From: a virus
Taxonomy: Duplodnaviria; Heunggongvirae; Uroviricota; Caudoviricetes
DNA: 24,460 nt
Virus record (IMG/VR): IMGVR_UViG_3300031992_000020
Reading direction: 5' to 3' (one strand)
The translations under genes and the position numbers were made by a program. A model generated the notes under the pieces. The model searched no databases. It worked only from the letters and a program-made list of their open reading frames with translations, and had not been told where the DNA came from. This document shows, piece after piece, positions 23,268 through 24,460 of the stretch (position 1 is its first letter; the number at the start of each line of letters is the position of its first letter).

Positions 23268-23356
23268 GGGGTTTTTTCGTCCGGATCGAAATTTTTTTCT
23301 GATCCCCTTGCCGAGTGGCCCGGGCCCCTTTGGGGCCCTTCCCTTTCGACATGATT

Positions 23357-23385
23357 ATAATATCATATCCGGGATCAGAAGTCAA
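23357..23385 (-). promoter_or_regulatory. sigA promoter in tandem with the 23239 promoter
   Basis: TTGACT, 17 bp, TGnTATTAT. Confidence 0.65.
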
Positions 23386-23478
23386 CACTTTTTTCATGTG
23401 AATTTTGTCCAAATTTTTTGCCGGATCCTACATCAAGAAGAATTCGGCTCGTGCGCCCGCGCACGAGCCGCCCAAAAG

Positions 23479-23508
23479 AAAAGCCCCGGAGGGCTTAGCC
23501 CTTCGGGG
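23479..23508 (-). terminator. Intrinsic terminator overlapping the stop codon
   Basis: CCCCGAAGGGC/GCCCTCCGGGG stem followed by CTTTT. Confidence 0.7.
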
Positions 23509-23866
23509 TGCGGTGCCGGGTGAGGGTGATGGAGTAGGAGCCGAACCGGATTTCCCGTTCCGGGTTGACCACCTCGGGAGAGAGGTCGGCCAGGGCCTCG
23601 GCCAACCGGGCGATCAGCTCGCGCTTTTCAGCGTCCGGCTTGCGCTCACGCTTGACCGCTTTCCCGTAGGCGTTGACCGCCCGGGCGCCCTTCCGCATCT
23701 CCTTGGAAACCCCCTCGGCGGTTTCGTCCAGATCGAAGGGGGTGGGGTTGCCCTTCTCGATTTCCAGATCCCACCATGCCATGTCGGCATCCTCGGGGGT
23801 ACAGTGGCGAGTCTCGCACCATGCGGCGATCCATTCGGGGGTGGGGTAGTTGATGGTTTTCGTCAT
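23495..23866 (-). CDS. Hypothetical protein, family B
   Basis: Paralog of 21459-21890; GAAAGGAG RBS. Confidence 0.85.
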   Translation of the reverse strand: MTKTINYPTPEWIAAWCETRHCTPEDADMAWWDLEIEKGNPTPFDLDETAEGVSKEMRKGARAVNAYGKAVKRERKPDAEKRELIARLAEALADLSPEVVNPEREIRFGSYSITLTRHRTPKG

Positions 23867-23890
23867 GGGGTATCATCTCCTTTCAATGGT

Positions 23891-23919
23891 ATTGTACCAC
23901 AGGAGGCAGGGGCTGTCAA
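23891..23919 (-). promoter_or_regulatory. sigA promoter
   Basis: TTGACA, 17 bp, TGnTACAAT. Confidence 0.8.
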
Positions 23920-24460
23920 CCCCTGCCGTAGAGAATTTTTTCCATCTTGCGGTGGGTGCGGTAGGCTTTCAGCACGATTTCCCGTTCGATCATGGTATCC
24001 TCAAAGGCGGTGTGGCTTTCGATGAAATCATCGTCACCGGTGATGAAGCGGTAAATGATTTCGGCGGTCATCCGCACCCGGGGCGGCTTGTGCTTGGTCA
24101 TGTAGCCCCGTTCCTCGCAATACTTGCGGTAGGTGGTGGTTTCGGTGAAGGTCTTTGCCATCTTCATGGAATCCCAGATTTCAAAGTCCCCCAGAACCCG
24201 GCAATAGAAGCCATAGAGGAACTTGAACGTGGTGTTCAGTGCGTCAACATCGAACCGGGCGTTATGGGCGACAATCGCAACCACGTTTTCCTGCCGGGCG
24301 GTCGTGATAATGTCCATCAGGATTTCACAGAAACCCTTGATTTCCCGCTTGCCCGTGGCAATGTCCGCATAATACCGGGGGAGCTTTTCCGCATAGTAGC
24401 AGGATTTCATCCGCTCATACTCACCGAAGAAGATTTCCCGGACGATATAGGACTTCTCGG
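23916..24460 (-). CDS. DEDDh 3'-5' exonuclease (DnaQ-like), 5'-truncated by the window edge
   Basis: Exo II AHNARFD and Exo III HTAFED; the frame stays open to the window end. Confidence 0.82.
   Translation of the reverse strand, partial: EKSYIVREIFFGEYERMKSCYYAEKLPRYYADIATGKREIKGFCEILMDIITTARQENVVAIVAHNARFDVDALNTTFKFLYGFYCRVLGDFEIWDSMKMAKTFTETTTYRKYCEERGYMTKHKPPRVRMTAEIIYRFITGDDDFIESHTAFEDTMIEREIVLKAYRTHRKMEKILYGRG

Noticed and set aside
1-24460. Bacterial chromosome or prophage boundary
   Set aside because: No integrase, att site, IS element or housekeeping operon is visible. The promoter-per-gene layout, tRNA cluster and recoding point to a large phage.

Overview
This window looks like part of a large lytic phage genome, probably infecting a Firmicutes host (inferred from sigma-A consensus promoters, strong Shine-Dalgarno sites, no CRISPR or IS features, and mostly unknown small genes). 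From left to right it has five parts. (1) A minus-strand RNA region: a highly structured ~880-nt GOLLD/ROOL-like RNA containing tRNA-Glu, 11 more tRNAs including rare Pro(AGG) and Ile(TAT), a tmRNA with tag (A)DNYFEDRLAA, a 49-nt tRNA-Ala-like minihelix RNA, and structured spacers. (2) Minus-strand genes, including an AAA+ ATPase, an M28-type peptidase and two paralogous HPLDY/W-x-SC proteins, the last three ending in Zn-ribbon repeats. (3) Small gene cassettes, most with their own near-consensus promoter (about 24 promoters in the window), including four of five winged-helix paralogs. (4) A plus-strand island with a 198-codon tandem winged-helix gene that is missing from the ORF track because it has six in-frame TAG codons best read as Gln. 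It is flanked by six 22-bp iteron-like repeats, so it is probably a TAG-recoded replication initiator with its origin. (5) GC-rich cassettes ending in a 5'-truncated DEDDh exonuclease. 36 of the 37 genes I call end in TAA or TGA, which fits TAG reassignment (genetic code 15). Protein family calls come from motif recognition only; no searches were run.
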